Position numbers and translations under genes: made by a program. The notes below the pieces were generated by a model. It did no database searches and was not told the origin of the DNA. It saw nothing but the letters and a program-made list of their open reading frames with translations. From Eledone cirrhosa (Eukaryota), in assembly GCA_964016885.1 (NCBI GenBank), contig OZ024742.1:160890001-160954000 (forward strand): a stretch of 64,000 nucleotides of DNA, written 5' to 3'. Position 1 is the stretch's first letter. Each line of letters starts with the position of its first letter. Shown one piece after another: positions 44,585-60,534 of this stretch.

Positions 44585-44735
44585 TGAACACATGTTTGTA
44601 TGTATGTGTGTGTGTATGTGTGTGTATGTATATGTATATATATATATATATAATATAAATATTTTCTCATAACGACTTGTGACTCGTACACTTATTCATT
44701 TATATATATATATGTGTGTATGTGTGTGTGTGTGC

Positions 44736-44800
<65 letters not shown>

Positions 44801-44912
44801 TATATATAGTTGTTATTTATTCAAAGTTTATAACTGAAATTACACAATGCCGCCTATGCGTTTCGTGGTATATATGAATATATATGAATATATATATATA
44901 TATATATATATA

Positions 44913-45103
44913 TAGGAGTAAGTAAGACCCCGACGGCTGAGCTCAAGCCGTTTCGACGGCTAATTCTGTACAGAATTAGCCGTCGAAACGGCTTGAGCTC
45001 AGCCGTCGGGGTCTTGCTTACTCCTATTACCCACTCTACTACCCTAAGTATTGAGTAATTTGGTGCGTTATGGTCCACCTGGTTCCTTACCACTTTTCCC
45101 TCG

Positions 45104-45104
<1 letters not shown>
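44913..45104 (+). mobile_element. Family B palindromic half-HHR module (opposite orientation)
   Basis: Reverse complement of the 10609-type module; (TA)n on both sides. Confidence 0.8.
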
Positions 45105-45161
<57 letters not shown>

Positions 45162-45274
45162 TAAAATAACAGATTAAAGTTTAATAAATATTTGCTCTAC
45201 GGTTCTTATATATTTGATATATATTTATCTTTATCGAGCCCTCTTTGGATTTTAGTCTTCAAATTTATTATTAT

Positions 45275-45474
<200 letters not shown>

Positions 45475-45704
45475 GTATATATACACACACACACACATAT
45501 ATATATATGCCGTAAGTTCTTTTATAAACATACAAATTTTAATTCCAGCGTCGCAGTGAAAAGTAAACATAAATCACACAATAGGTTTAATATTCCTGTG
45601 TTTGGTAAATAAAAAAAATTGGCAAAATTTATATTATATTTCAAATAGCCGAAATATCGGATCGTAGGCTATGTATTTAATGCATTTATGTATGCATATA
45701 TATG

Positions 45705-45808
<104 letters not shown>

Positions 45809-45965
45809 TAACAGATTAGTCTTCAATTTTATTATTATTACTATATATATATAAGCATTTAATGCATTTATGTATGTATATATATGCATATTTATATAAA
45901 TATATATGTTTATCCCGGTTCAATCGGGGTTAACCACAGTAAATATTTAATATAGAATATAGAAA

Positions 45966-46015
45966 GGCTTCTACAGGACTAGAACTGTTTCATTCAGGAG
46001 AAATCATCAGGAAAC

Positions 46016-46016
<1 letters not shown>
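45966..46016 (-). ncRNA. Possible hammerhead ribozyme
   Basis: GGTTTC-CTGATGA-TTTCTCCTGAAT-GAAAC-AGTTCTA-GTC...GAAGCC; the stems are weak. Confidence 0.5.
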
Positions 46017-46109
<93 letters not shown>

Positions 46110-46292
46110 GTGTGGTCTACCTTTTGTGGTATATATATATACGGGTGTGTGTGTGTATACATGTACCATCAATATTTATATATATATATATACACACACA
46201 GATACATACAGATATATGCCTCTGTGTGAGAGTATATATATATATATACATACACACACACACATACACACACACATATATATATATATATA

Positions 46293-46615
46293 TGTAGAAG
46301 TTCTATTTAAATTGTTGGGATACAACAAGCAAATATTTTTATAACTGATATAAAGCACTCAACAAATTATTGGAGTAAAGATGCGATATATTAACAAATG
46401 GAAACTATATTTATAAAACCATATTTATTTCATTATACATATTTCAAGCACACCAAGTTCAATTATGGTGTGCTTTCATCAAATAAAATATAATATAGAT
46501 CAGTTTTATCAGATGAAAGCACACCATAATTTAACTTGGTGTCCTTGAAATATGTATAATGAAATAAATAAATATGGTTTTATAAATATAGTTTCCATAT
46601 GTTAATATATCGTAT
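46293..46615 (-). mobile_element. Family A HHR module with inverted arm (breakpoint about 46507)
   Basis: 46510-46615 is an inverted copy of about 46383-46480; the HHR core is damaged on both arms. Confidence 0.7.
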
Positions 46616-46642
46616 ATATATATATATTCATATATATATATA

Positions 46643-46713
<71 letters not shown>

Positions 46714-46731
46714 CATATATATGTATGTATG

Positions 46732-47442
<711 letters not shown>

Positions 47443-47723
47443 TATACGTATGTATATATATATGTATATGTATATATATGTATGGACGAAAGACCATTGA
47501 TTATTAACAATTAAACAACGACCCGGTTATTAATCTTACTGATGAATTGATTATATATGTAACTAATAAACTGAACAAATGAAAGTGTTTTTATTGTCAC
47601 CATGACTCTCCCAAACTATAACAATATCATATATATATATATATGTGTCACATATCGATATGTCACACATATATATGTGTATATATATATATATATGTGT
47701 CACATATCGATATGTCACATTTA

Positions 47724-47787
<64 letters not shown>

Positions 47788-47839
47788 TATATACGTGTAT
47801 GATTGTATATATATGTATATAGATATAGGTAAATGTTTA

Positions 47840-47895
<56 letters not shown>

Positions 47896-48057
47896 AAAAC
47901 AGTCAGGTCCCCGACGGCTGACCTCCGGCCGTTTCGACCCTATTCCTATTACCCACTCTACTCTCCTAAGTATTGAGTACTGTGGTGCGTTATGGTCCAC
48001 CTGGTATCTTACCACACCCTCTTTTATTATATATATATACACACACACACACACATA

Positions 48058-48146
<89 letters not shown>

Positions 48147-48261
48147 AAGTTAATATAAATTAATATATATGATGAAACACAAATACCACTCCAAACTGTA
48201 GAGTGCTACTTATCCGATATTTGCATTGCTTTATTGTGCTACAATAAAACTCACCTCCTAC

Positions 48262-48336
<75 letters not shown>

Positions 48337-48346
48337 TATATAATAT

Positions 48347-48468
<122 letters not shown>

Positions 48469-48871
48469 ATATATGTATGTATATATGTATATATATATAC
48501 ATACATGTGGAAGCTTAGTAAAATCGAAGCTTTGGCTGTGAGTAAGCAAAGTCGACCTACAATATGAATGAGTTAGCAAAGCACTCAATCAGGGTAGGTC
48601 CTTAGAGTAATAACATACGTTTAAATAGCTTGACAAATTGAACATTGTGGTAGGCAAAACCTAACACACACTACCTAAGTCACGAAAAAACTAACAGATA
48701 TATACCACCACCACTCTCCAGAGCGTGAAATTAATAAACATTCGTTGTACTGCCTCTCTGTTTTGTTCCTGTTCAAATTTTCCATTATATATATATATAT
48801 ATATATATGTCATATATATATATATATCATATATATGTCATATATATATATCATATATATATATATATATC

Positions 48872-48932
<61 letters not shown>

Positions 48933-49354
48933 CTGTGTGTGCCTGTGCGTATGTGTGTGTTTGTGTGTGCGTATACATACATATATACATGGAGTTGTCT
49001 GTGGATTGTGTTTGTGTGAGTGTTTTTTAGTTCGATTCTCTGTAGCACGTTTTCCAAATACAGGATATTTTACCTGATTTTCTCAGCTTTTATATATAGC
49101 AATCAACTTTGTTCACAGTTATTTCCTGCTTTCCACATTTTCTAAATATATATATATTTATATATAGATATAGATTTTTAGACTGACATCGACGGACAGA
49201 TAAATATATATAGAAAAATAGATAGATAGATACATTTATTTCTTCATTTGCCACAAGGGCGTACGAGAAATGGGACATTACAAGACGTGACGGCGAGGGT
49301 TTTACATAAAAAAGATAGATACATAGGTAAATATATATATATATGTGTGTGTGT

Positions 49355-49459
<105 letters not shown>

Positions 49460-49474
49460 TGTGTGTGTGTGTGT

Positions 49475-49522
<48 letters not shown>

Positions 49523-49793
49523 AGAGAGAGAGAGAGAGAGATGGGGGGTGAAAGAGAAGCATCAAGTAAAAGAGACATACAATGAGACAAATGAGCTAAC
49601 AATCGGATGAATAGATATGTAGATAGAGAAGCACGAACATAGAATGGCTGAGTGGAAGACATGACAGAAAGATAGAGTACGAAAGATGTGTGTTTGTGTG
49701 CATATATATACATTAGATATATCTATGTTTGCGCCTGTCTCTTCTCCCTCTCCTCACACACACATACAAACATGTATATAAATACACACACAT

Positions 49794-49870
<77 letters not shown>

Positions 49871-50302
49871 TATGTATATATGTGTGTGTGTGTGTATGTA
49901 TGTACGTATATATATATTATTTGTATATATATATATACATACATAAAACATAGTAAATTGATCCACACATGTATATACACCAGCATTTACGTATTGAGAC
50001 TACAAGACAAATATTATGTAATACATACATAAAACACATATAAGCACATGATACATGCATGCAGACATACCTACATTCATAAGTTCATACTTATATAGAT
50101 ATATACATACATGCACACACCACATACATACATGTATGTGTGTCTTTATATATACATATATATATTTGCTCTACGGGTTTATATATACTTATATATATTT
50201 GAAAATATTGAGGACCCCGAGTGCTGAGCTCCGGCCGTTTCGACACCTAGATCCGATATATATGTATATATATATATACTATGCCTTTATGGTAAATAAA
50301 GA

Positions 50303-50385
<83 letters not shown>

Positions 50386-50437
50386 TATATATATATAAAA
50401 TAAATATATATATATAAAATAAATATAAATATATAAA

Positions 50438-50533
<96 letters not shown>

Positions 50534-50608
50534 GCAAACGTATAGCAAACGTATAGCCTTATTGTATAGCAAACCATGTCACTCTTCTTTCTTGATTTAT
50601 ATATATAT

Positions 50609-50678
<70 letters not shown>

Positions 50679-50761
50679 AACAGAAATAACAACACAATCG
50701 GTACAGTATGTGGAAAGGATATATTAGGTTAATATATATACAAACTATATTCACATAATGT

Positions 50762-50800
50762 GTGATGATACTGTGAAAACACAGGCGAAACTCTAGAGTA
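50762..50800 (+). ncRNA. Degenerate hammerhead motif
   Basis: GTGATGA-TACTGTG-AAAA-CACAGGC-GAAAC-TCTAGA-GTA; C3 is missing, and stem III ACTCTAGAGT is palindromic. Confidence 0.45.
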
Positions 50801-51046
50801 AAGAGTTTCTGACATGACCTTAATAAAATGCTGAATCTCTACTATGGTATTGAGTACTCATTATCGCAGTTGTCTGTTCGTCTTACTAAACTTTTATCTC
50901 TGTTCATTTACTTCTTGCCAAACGTGAATTTAATACGAGCTTGTGTTTTTGCATCTCCGTATTTTTCTCGTATATTCTTGAACTATATATATATATATGT
51001 TATAGAATGCCGTTAGCTTCTTGCTAAAACAATCTCTATACGTCTC

Positions 51047-51183
<137 letters not shown>

Positions 51184-51441
51184 GGAATGTGTATACATAT
51201 ATATATGGAATGTATATATATACATACATGTGTGTGTATCACAAAGTTATATCTGTATATATACATATAGCATAGATATAACCGAGACTTCGTAAATATA
51301 TATAAATTACACGTTTGGTAAACATGCCATAACTTAACACACATACACATTTATATACATACATATATATATACATATATATACATATATATACATATAC
51401 ACATACATATACATACATACATACATACATACATACATACA

Positions 51442-51475
<34 letters not shown>

Positions 51476-51591
51476 CACACACGTGTGTGTAAGAGTGTAA
51501 GAAGACTTGTCGAATTCACCTTCAAATATTTTTTTTAATACGGAGTGAAAAAAAAAAATAAAAGGGCAAGTTTAATTAAGAGAATTCTTAC

Positions 51592-51738
51592 CTGTGCACT
51601 GCTGCTGTTATTAGAGGCTGCAACTGCTGCAACTGCAGCAGCTGTTGCAAGAGATGCAGCCGTTGAATCATCTGCATTGGCTCCTTTATAGGAGAGATAG
51701 GAAGGGTATAGTTGGTACATGACATCCACACATGACAT
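51592..51738 (-). CDS. vg: First coding exon (49 codons, phase 0) of a vestigial / vestigial-like (VGLL) transcription cofactor
   Basis: ATG at 51738 gives MSCVDVMYQLYPSYLSY..., matching the N-terminal MSC-x-[DE]-VMY motif of the vestigial family (VGLL2 MSCLDVMYQ, VGLL3 MSCAEVMY). The frame reaches a canonical CAG|GTAAGA donor at 51592/51591. No TONDU-domain exon is seen in the window. Confidence 0.85.
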
Positions 51739-51803
51739 TATGGTGAGAGTCTAGAAGATGCTGCTTGTTGCACCTTATTTACATGGCTACCTTCTGCTAA
51801 CAT
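51738..51803 (-). promoter_or_regulatory. Putative uORF (21 aa, MLAEGSHVNKVQQAASSRLSP) whose TAA overlaps the vg ATG (TAATG); nested ATG-TAA start-stop at 51779-51784
   Basis: Read directly on the minus strand. Relevant only if this stretch is in the mature 5'UTR. Confidence 0.45.
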
Positions 51804-52809
51804 CGTTTTTCTTATGTTTTTGTTATTTTTGTTATTATGTTTTCGTTTGGTTTGTTTGTTGTTGTTGTTTGTTTGTTTTGTTTTTTATTGTCTAGAGCAG
51901 ACGACAGAAAGATTTGTGAGAACGAGAGTGAGAATGTGAGTGAAAGTATGAGGAGAGAGGAGAGTGAGCTTGAGAAACAGAGAGAGGGTGTGTTAGGGTT
52001 AGAAAGAGAGAGGTGGGGTTAGAATTATAAAGAAAGGACGAGACCGGGAGAGAGATACTTTTTTTTCTGTTTGTCTGGAGCAGACGATAAAAGATTTATG
52101 AGAATGAGAGTAAGAGAGAGGGAGAGAAAGTGAAAGGCTGAGAGAAAGAGAGAGTGACAGACAAAGAAAGCTAGAGTGAGAGAAAGAGTGTTAGAAAGCT
52201 AGAAACAGACAGAGAGAGGGTGTTAGAGTTAGAAATAGGGAGTGAACGTGAGAGAGAGAAATAGAGAGGGGAGAATTAGAGGTAGAAAGATATAGTGTGT
52301 GGGGGGGGGGGGGGGGGAGAAAGACAAGTAAAAGTATTTGTTCCGGAGAAGAAAATATACATAAGAATGTAATGAAGGAAGATGGCCTTATTTTTTCTCT
52401 TACTCTCTCTCTCTCTCTCGCTCTCTCTCTTTTACTAAAGTACTACTGAGTTACTAATAATACTTAGTAAGCAAAGAAAAGAAATTGGTGTTGTTGCAGT
52501 GAAAACATGTGAGCTAGACTATGGATGCTGCAGTCAAGAGAGAAACAACATGCAACATAGGGGGTGGGGGGTGAAGAGAGTGATTGTGTAAGAGAAAGAG
52601 ACGGGGTAGATTATGTGAGGGAGGGTGAGAAAAAACATCAGTCACAGGGAGTGTGAAAGATGAAAGAGAGAGAGAGAGAGAAAGGAAGAGAGAGAGGAAG
52701 AGAGAAGAATTTGGATAAAAGGAGAGGGGGGGATTGAGTAGAAGGCGTAGAATAAAAAGCAGTGTGTGTGTGAAAGAAAATATAGATGAGTGTGTAAGTG
52801 AATGAATGC

Positions 52810-52845
<36 letters not shown>

Positions 52846-52852
52846 TAGAGAG

Positions 52853-52888
<36 letters not shown>

Positions 52889-53779
52889 TGTGTGTATGTA
52901 GTATATGTCTGAGTGAGTGTATGTGTGTATATATCAGAAAGAGACGGGGGGTGTGGTATGTCTGTGAGTGCGTGTCTGAGAGAGAGGGGGATATATGTGA
53001 AAGAGAAATCATTTGAGTGCGTGTATGTGTGTGTGTCAAAGAGAGTGTGCGTGTGAAAGTGTGTGTTTGTACGTGATGTCTATGTGTATGAGAGAATGGT
53101 AGAAAGAGATATAGTGATATGTGTGTGTGTGTTAAGGAGAGAGAGGGCGAGAGAGAGAGGGTGAATGTTTTGTCTGGAAGTCGAGGTATAAAAACCTTTG
53201 AAAGGAGAAAAAAATATGTTCCGGGTGAGAATAAGAAAGGATTGCAGTGATTGTGAGAAGAAGAAAATGTAGAGGTTAGAAAGAGAGAGAAGATAAAAGG
53301 AAGAATATATGTGAGTGAAGGAATAAGTTAAAGGAAGTGGGGTGGGGCAGTGTGAATGATTTTTAAATAGGGGGGGTAAGAGAGCGAGTGAATAAAGTGA
53401 GAGAGGGAGAGGGAGAGAAAGAGGCAGATAAGTAAGAACAGAAAGAAAGAGAAAGAAGGGGAGAAAGAGAGAGACAACCTTGGTAAAAGAGCGAGTAGGT
53501 AAAGCAAGAATAGAAGAGGGTGATAGAGAGAAAGAAGGAGATAAGGTGATTAGAAAGAACAGAGAGAGAGTGAGAGAGAAAGAGAGAGAGAGGAGGAAGG
53601 GGAGAGGAAGAGAGAGGCTGGGTGACTGAGTAACTGCGAGTAGTAGGAGAAGAAAGAGCAAGAGGGGAATAATGGAGAGGTGTGATGAAATGGCACTAGA
53701 AGAGAGCGAGAGATTGATGATGATAGAAAGAGTTTGTGAGTGAGAGGGTGAGGAGAATGAAAGAGAGAGAAGGTAATGA

Positions 53780-54025
53780 TTGTGAAGTAGCGTGGCTTAG
53801 TGGTTAGGGTGTTCGGCTCATGACCATAAGGTCGTCAGTTCGAATTCTGGCAATGTGTTGTATGCTTCAAGAAGATACTTTATTTTTTAACGCTATTCCA
53901 GTCTACTCAACTAAAAAGACAATGAATTTTACCAGTCTGTAATTCATAGGACCAGCCTTGTTATACCCTGTGTCACACTGAATCTCTCTGAGAACTACGT
54001 TTATAGTATACCATGAGTCTGTGCA
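53780..54025 (+). mobile_element. tRNA-derived SINE with recognisable A/B boxes
   Basis: GTGGCTTAGTGGTTAGGGTGTTCGGCTCATGACCATAAGGTCGTCAGTTCGAATTC. Confidence 0.85.
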
Positions 54026-54142
54026 CCATCAATCTTTCTTTCTCTTCTAATCTCCTTTCCCCACACTTCTCTATAAACCTCCTACTCTCACTCCTCCTCT
54101 TTCTCCTCCTACTACTGCAATTACTCAGTTACCCAGCCTCTC

Positions 54143-54173
<31 letters not shown>

Positions 54174-54554
54174 CTCTCCATATGTCTCCCTCTCTCCCTC
54201 CACCTCTCTTTCTGTTCTTTCTCGTCATCTTATTTCCCCCTTTCTCTCTATCTCCCTCAGTCATTTACAAGTTAATTTCACGATCAGTCTGATCAAATAG
54301 CTCGAACACTCGTCGTCGTAACCGACGAGTGTTCACGACACACCCACACATACACACACATATATACACACACTCACACCTACATACACAGACAGACACC
54401 CACATCACATACGCAGAAAATGAGATGTGAATCTTGTGCAGAGCAGATGACAAGATGTTTTGGGAGTAAAAAACTACAACAAAAACTTTAGGTGAAGGGG
54501 GAGAAAATGAAAGCTAAAACAAGAGAAGAAATAAGAAATGGAAAAAGACAAATG

Positions 54555-54738
54555 ATTTCTAATTTAGGCTCAAGGCCACCAATTTATGGGGGGAGGGTCG
54601 ATTAATTCGATTCATTATTTTACTGGTACTTTATTTTATCGAGGTCAGAACGAAGAAAGGCCAAGTTGACCTTGGCGGGATTTGAACTCAGAACGTAAAA
54701 TACTTTGTCCGATGCTCCAACGATTCTGCCAATCCGCC
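54555..54738 (-). mobile_element. tRNA-derived SINE
   Basis: AAGTTGACCTTGGCGGGATTTGAACTCAGAAC core. Confidence 0.85.
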
Positions 54739-54831
54739 AAAAAATGCGATAAATCTAAAAAATTAACGTGATGAAGAAAGGCAATTGTAGTGAGTGAGAG
54801 AAATGTAAGAAAATGAGAGGTAGAGGGAGAT

Positions 54832-54874
<43 letters not shown>

Positions 54875-55120
54875 TATTTCTTTATTAGCCACAGGGGCAC
54901 AAAAGAAAGGGACAAATAGAAAGAGGGAAGTTTACATACAATAAAAACGTGTAAAATATTATCACAAATGCAATTTAAAAATTAATCGAGAGAGATAGAC
55001 AGACTGAGTCGGAGAGAGAATAAAGATGAATGAAATTCGGGGAAAAGGAAAAACAGTAAAAGACAGAAAGGGAAAAAAATAAAAGTAGAGAACTTAAATA
55101 TAAGAGCGAGAAAGAAAGAG

Positions 55121-55248
<128 letters not shown>

Positions 55249-55769
55249 AGAACTGTTGCATGAAACAATACGAGAGAGAAGAAAATAGAAGCAAGACACA
55301 GCAAAGGGAAATAAATACAAAAGAAAACATCAAATACTACTGGAGTAGATGATAAATGAGTAACAGACTGACTGAGATAAGAGAGAGGGAGAGAAGGGAA
55401 AAGAAAGAGAGAGTGAGAGAGAGAGGGGGTGGCGAGAGGGAAAGGACTATATACGTGTGTGAAGAAGAGCATGTATGAGAGAGAGACATAAAAACAGAAG
55501 AATAGAGAGAGAGAGCGTGTCCAAGATTAAAGAGACGTATATAAGAGAGAGAGGGGGGAGGGAGAGAATAAGAATGAGGAAAAGAAAAAGAGAGGAAAAG
55601 AGAAGAGGAAGAAAGACAGGGATGATACGGAGAGATTGTGTATGAGAGAAAAAGATAGAGAGGAACAGAGAGGAAGAGACAGATTATGAATGTGTATGTG
55701 TGAGCTTTTGTATTAGAGAGAGGGTTAGGGAAAGATAGATGAATAGAAAGAAAGAAAGAGAGAGAATAG

Positions 55770-56512
55770 ATGAAAGGCAAAGTTGACCTCAGTGGAATTT
55801 GAACTCAGCACATTAAAAGCCGGAACAAATGCTGCAAAGCATTTTGTCCAACGCTCTAATGATTCTGCCAATCTACTGCCTTTTTTGTTTCTACTTTTGG
55901 CATAAGGCCAGCAATTTGGAATGTGGGAAGTCGATTAAACTGAGCCCAGTGCATTACTGGGCTCAGTTTATTATGTTATCGACCCCGTAAGGGTGAAAGA
56001 CAAAGCTAACCTCAACGGAATGTGAAATGAGAAGGTAAAAAGCCGTAAGAGACCTAGTGATTTTGTCACTCCAACGCCCTTCCCAACCTACGTATAATAA
56101 TGGTTTCTACTTTTGGCACAAGGCCAACAATTTGGGGAGAAGAGAAAGTCGATTAAATCGACACCAGTGCGTTACTGATGCTTTATTTTGTCGACCCCAC
56201 AAAGATGAAAGGCAAAATTAACCTCGCCGGGATCTGAACTCAGAACATAAAGGGCGTAACTATATGCCGCAAAGCATGTTGTCTAACGCTCTACGTATAA
56301 TAATAAGGGTTTCTGATTTAGGCACAAGGCAAACAATTTGGAGGAAGGGGAAAGTCAATTAAATTGACTCCAATGCGTTACTGGTACTTTATTTTACCGA
56401 CCCGTAAGGATAAAAGGCAAAGCTAACCTCGGTGACATTTGAACTCAGAACATAAAGGGCCATAACTCAATGCTACAAAGCATGTTGCCCGACGCTCTGC
56501 CAATGCTGCCAA
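55770..56512 (-). mobile_element. Head-to-tail cluster of four SINE copies
   Basis: The AAAG(G/A)CAAAG..AACCTC core recurs at about 55770, 55995, 56205 and 56412. Confidence 0.85.
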
Positions 56513-56646
56513 TAACAGAAATAAAGATAAAAAACAAAACGATTCGAATATTTTCATGTAAAGTCTTTTCAAAATGCTCGATGAAGTTGCATATAATACG
56601 GAATATCACGTACACACACGCACACACATACACACACACACTCACA

Positions 56647-56702
<56 letters not shown>

Positions 56703-57394
56703 TTCTCCCTATCTCTCTCTCTCTCGCTCTCTCGCTCTCTCTGCCCCCCCCCCCTCTCTCACACACATATTCAAAGTGCGTAACACAGTATTTTGGGATA
56801 ATTTTAAAATGTAAAGTAGTATAACTTTACATAACTAAAACTTTAATCACTTTGTAAAAAGTAGATTAATATTTTATCTTTTCATGGGCAAAAATGTGAA
56901 ATCGGTGTAGTGCATGTTAGTAAAAGATAAAGAAGCATATCATATATTTCAAATTAGCCAAAAACGATTTATAGTAAACCATTAATAAATTGATCTCCCC
57001 ACCTTTGGATAACATGCGCTGTTATGTAAATTAGACAGACAAGCTTCGTTGCTCCTACTTTGTAGATATAAGCTAATAATCTCACCCTGGACAGAAGATG
57101 GGTATTGTTTCTCTGATAACGTCTGAGAAAAGTAAAAATTAATCAGATCTATCGCGTCTTTTTTCTGTCCACGGAGAAATAACAATATATAGTGATATAA
57201 TGTAATCACTTTGTTTACTTTTCACGGTTAAACAAATATTGTATGTTTATCTAAAAAATGAAATGAAATGCTATACATCATACATGGAATTATATATGTG
57301 TATATATATATATATATATATAAGTGTGTGTATGTGTGTGTATGTGTGTGTGCGTGTGTGTGTGTGTGTGCATTATATATATATATATATACAT

Positions 57395-57436
<42 letters not shown>

Positions 57437-57814
57437 TCCATGTCTCTGTATTTGTGAATGTATATGCGCAAATACATAGAGACATATATATGTTTAACCA
57501 TATGTACACACACACACGGACACATGCATGTATATGCACACACATATATGTATGTATACACAACCACATACACATATAGACATACATATGTATGTATAAA
57601 CATATACGCACATAAAGGCAAATACAGTCACAGGCTGACACACACATATATACATACAGACATGTACATGTATATGTGTGTGTGTGTGTGTACAAAGAGA
57701 GAAAGAGGTGGGTATATATGTAGATATAAACACATATACACAATCACACAAATACAGGCACATACAGACACGTATATATGTACACACTCACGCATACGCA
57801 CATGCACGCATAGA

Positions 57815-58110
57815 CTTACAAGCACACATACACACACAAGCACGCATACACACACAAGCACGCATACACACACAAGCACACATACACACACAAGCACGCA
57901 TACACACACAAGCACACACATACACACACAAGCACACATACACACACAAGCACACATACACACACAAGCACGCATACACACACAAGCACACATACACACA
58001 CAATCACGCATACACACACAAGCACACATACACACACAAGCACACATACATACACAAGCACGCATACACACACAGGCACGCATACAGACACAAGCACGCA
58101 TGCTTACACA
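57815..58110. repeat. ~18-bp (CAAGCAC[G/A]CATACACACA)n repeat
   Basis: Seen directly. Confidence 0.9.
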
Positions 58111-58723
58111 TACACATACAGACACAAGCACACAGAAGTTTAGGAATGCGTAGCTTTACCAACACCATGTTTTGAAGAGAGTTCATTTCACAATAGTAGC
58201 TAGCAGTTTGTTTATATGTTTACACTGAATTCTACGGATAACATCTGTACATATTTATATGTTTACACGAAGATCTGTTGCAGTTCTGTTGTTATGATTT
58301 CCGACATAGATCTTACATATTTCAATATTATACTATTGTTGCATCGTAAAATGGTAGAACGCGTATTTATTCTGCAACTTGCTGTATGTACGTATTTATA
58401 TATGTTTGTGCGTTTGTTTATGTGAGTCTCTCTCTCACTCTCTCTCCCTCTCTCCCTCTCCCTCTCTCCCTCTCCCTCTCTCTCTCACTCTCTCGCCCCC
58501 TCTCTCTATCTCTCTCTCTCTCTCTCTCGCTCTCTCTGAGTGTGTGTGTGGGTGTTAGTATGTTAATGTGTTTGTGTGTGCATGCGTGTGTGTGATTGCG
58601 AAGCATCCTAAAGCATCGTAGATGACATCAGGTGGTTCAGGTGGAGTATATGCAGTGAAGAATATAAACCCATTTGGCGTACTTATTCTTCCGTCCCTTC
58701 AATCTATCTTATTTCTCATTCTT

Positions 58724-58760
58724 TCTTCTGATGAAGGACTAGCGTCCGAAACGATAAGAC
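58724..58760 (+). ncRNA. Minimal hammerhead ribozyme (family D), in a module ending at (CA)n near 58843
   Basis: TCTT-CTGATGA-A-GGAC-TAGC-GTCC-GAAACGAT-AAGA. Confidence 0.7.
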
Positions 58761-59558
58761 CCCCTTCCTCTATTTCAAGCATTAACCTAATATATTCCTT
58801 CCATATACTGTACCGATTGTGTTGTTATTTCTGTTTACTTTTTACACACACACACACACACACACAGATATATATATATATATATATAACATACTGTTAT
58901 ATGAGCAGGTTGCTATTCATAGCAACCAACTGCATTTACAGGGATTCGTCTGGGTTTACTATATTTTCTATGAAATTCATAATCCCTCAGAGCTTCGAAA
59001 GTTCGAACTTTGCATGCGATATTTGTTTACAATTCCAAAGCTGTTTGGTTCAGCTTTCTAATTTTGACATCAGTTGTTGTCCGATGTCCTTTAGCTCAAT
59101 GACTAGAGCACTTAACCAGTATTTGAGAGATACGGGGTCCCAATTTCTCGTATCGGTTGCTGTTAACTATTTGCTGTCTTTACGGGTTCTTTGCCAGATT
59201 TTTCGATGCAACTGTTAGTTTGTTGTTTTGTTGCGTCTGAACATATTACATTTTCTATATTTATTTATCTATCGATATATATAGAGAGAGAGAGATAGAG
59301 AGGGGTGAGAAAGAAAGGAAGAAAGAAAGAGAGAGATAGAAAGTTAGTATGTGTGTAGTATATATATGAGTGTGTGTGTGGTGTATTTGCGTGCATATAT
59401 ATTAGAAATATATATGTTTAAAATACCATAGTATTTAAAACATTCAAACATTTACTGAATGAGCGGTGAATACTTGTAGAGAGGATGTAGAAATTTGTTT
59501 TCTAAGTAAAAAAAAAAATGGCAGTAACTACAACGTTTCATCTTATCGCTTTAGCTGG

Positions 59559-59600
59559 CTGCCTGAAGAAACGATCCAGTTGAAACTTCGAAGTCACAGA
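59559..59600 (+). ncRNA. Minimal hammerhead ribozyme with GUC site
   Basis: CTGC-CTGAAGA-AAC-GATCCA-GTT-GAAAC-TTCGAA-GTC-ACAG; stem III ACTTCGAAGT is palindromic. Confidence 0.7.
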
Positions 59601-59629
59601 CTTAGAATATATTACATGCATACACATAT

Positions 59630-59723
<94 letters not shown>

Positions 59724-60027
59724 ATGCGTGTATGTATATATTTAATTTCAATTACCTCTGTATTTTACTTACTTTATTCTTAACTCTGAAGCCGAGAATC
59801 ATTCGGTTTCCTAAATAGTCTACGACACTTCAGTTATACCATAAACATGGTTTTGTCTTTGCGTGTAATTGTTTTCACCGCTCCAAATAATGACGTATTA
59901 TCTTCGTTTTTTCCGTTCTTTGCCAGGGAACGTTTCCACGAATCAAAGTATCGTCTTCCTGTCTTCCTCCGGTTGCAACGTTTTTTGAAATATTTACTTC
60001 TTCGTTCACAGATTCATTTTTTTTAGT

Positions 60028-60171
60028 TTCAGAAGATCCCGTTAAGGGTGAAAGCAGCGATTCTTTGCTTAAACTTTAATCTGTTATTTTAATAAATATT
60101 TTCTCTACGGTTCTTATATATTTATCTTTATCGAGCCCTCTTTTGATTTTAGTCTTCAAATTTATTATTAT

Positions 60172-60176
<5 letters not shown>
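60028..60176 (+). mobile_element. (TA)n-tailed module, family C
   Basis: Segments recur at 35444-35515, 45160-45280, 45803-45842 and 50165-50185, several with the 5' portion inverted. Confidence 0.65.
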
Positions 60177-60265
<89 letters not shown>

Positions 60266-60534
60266 GGGGCCGTGCCCCAGAATGGCCTCAGCCGGATGGC
60301 TATAACAGGTAAAAGGGTTAAAGAGTAAAAGAGTATATAGCAGGCGAGTTTAAAATTAGAAATAGATGATTTCGCCGTACTTTTGGCTAAGGGAATTTTA
60401 GCCTGATAGTGGAGTTTAGAACCCTCTAAGAAATGGGGGAAAATGAGTACGTCAATACTCATCTTTTTCCAGTTCTCTGAGTGTTCTATACCCCACTATC
60501 AGACTAAAATTCATTTAGTCATATATATATATAT

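Noticed and set aside
53785-53860. tRNA gene
   Set aside because: A/B boxes are present but run directly into a SINE body, with no intact acceptor stem.
58622-59218. 198-aa ORF
   Set aside because: Runs through an HHR module and microsatellites, with no protein family signal.
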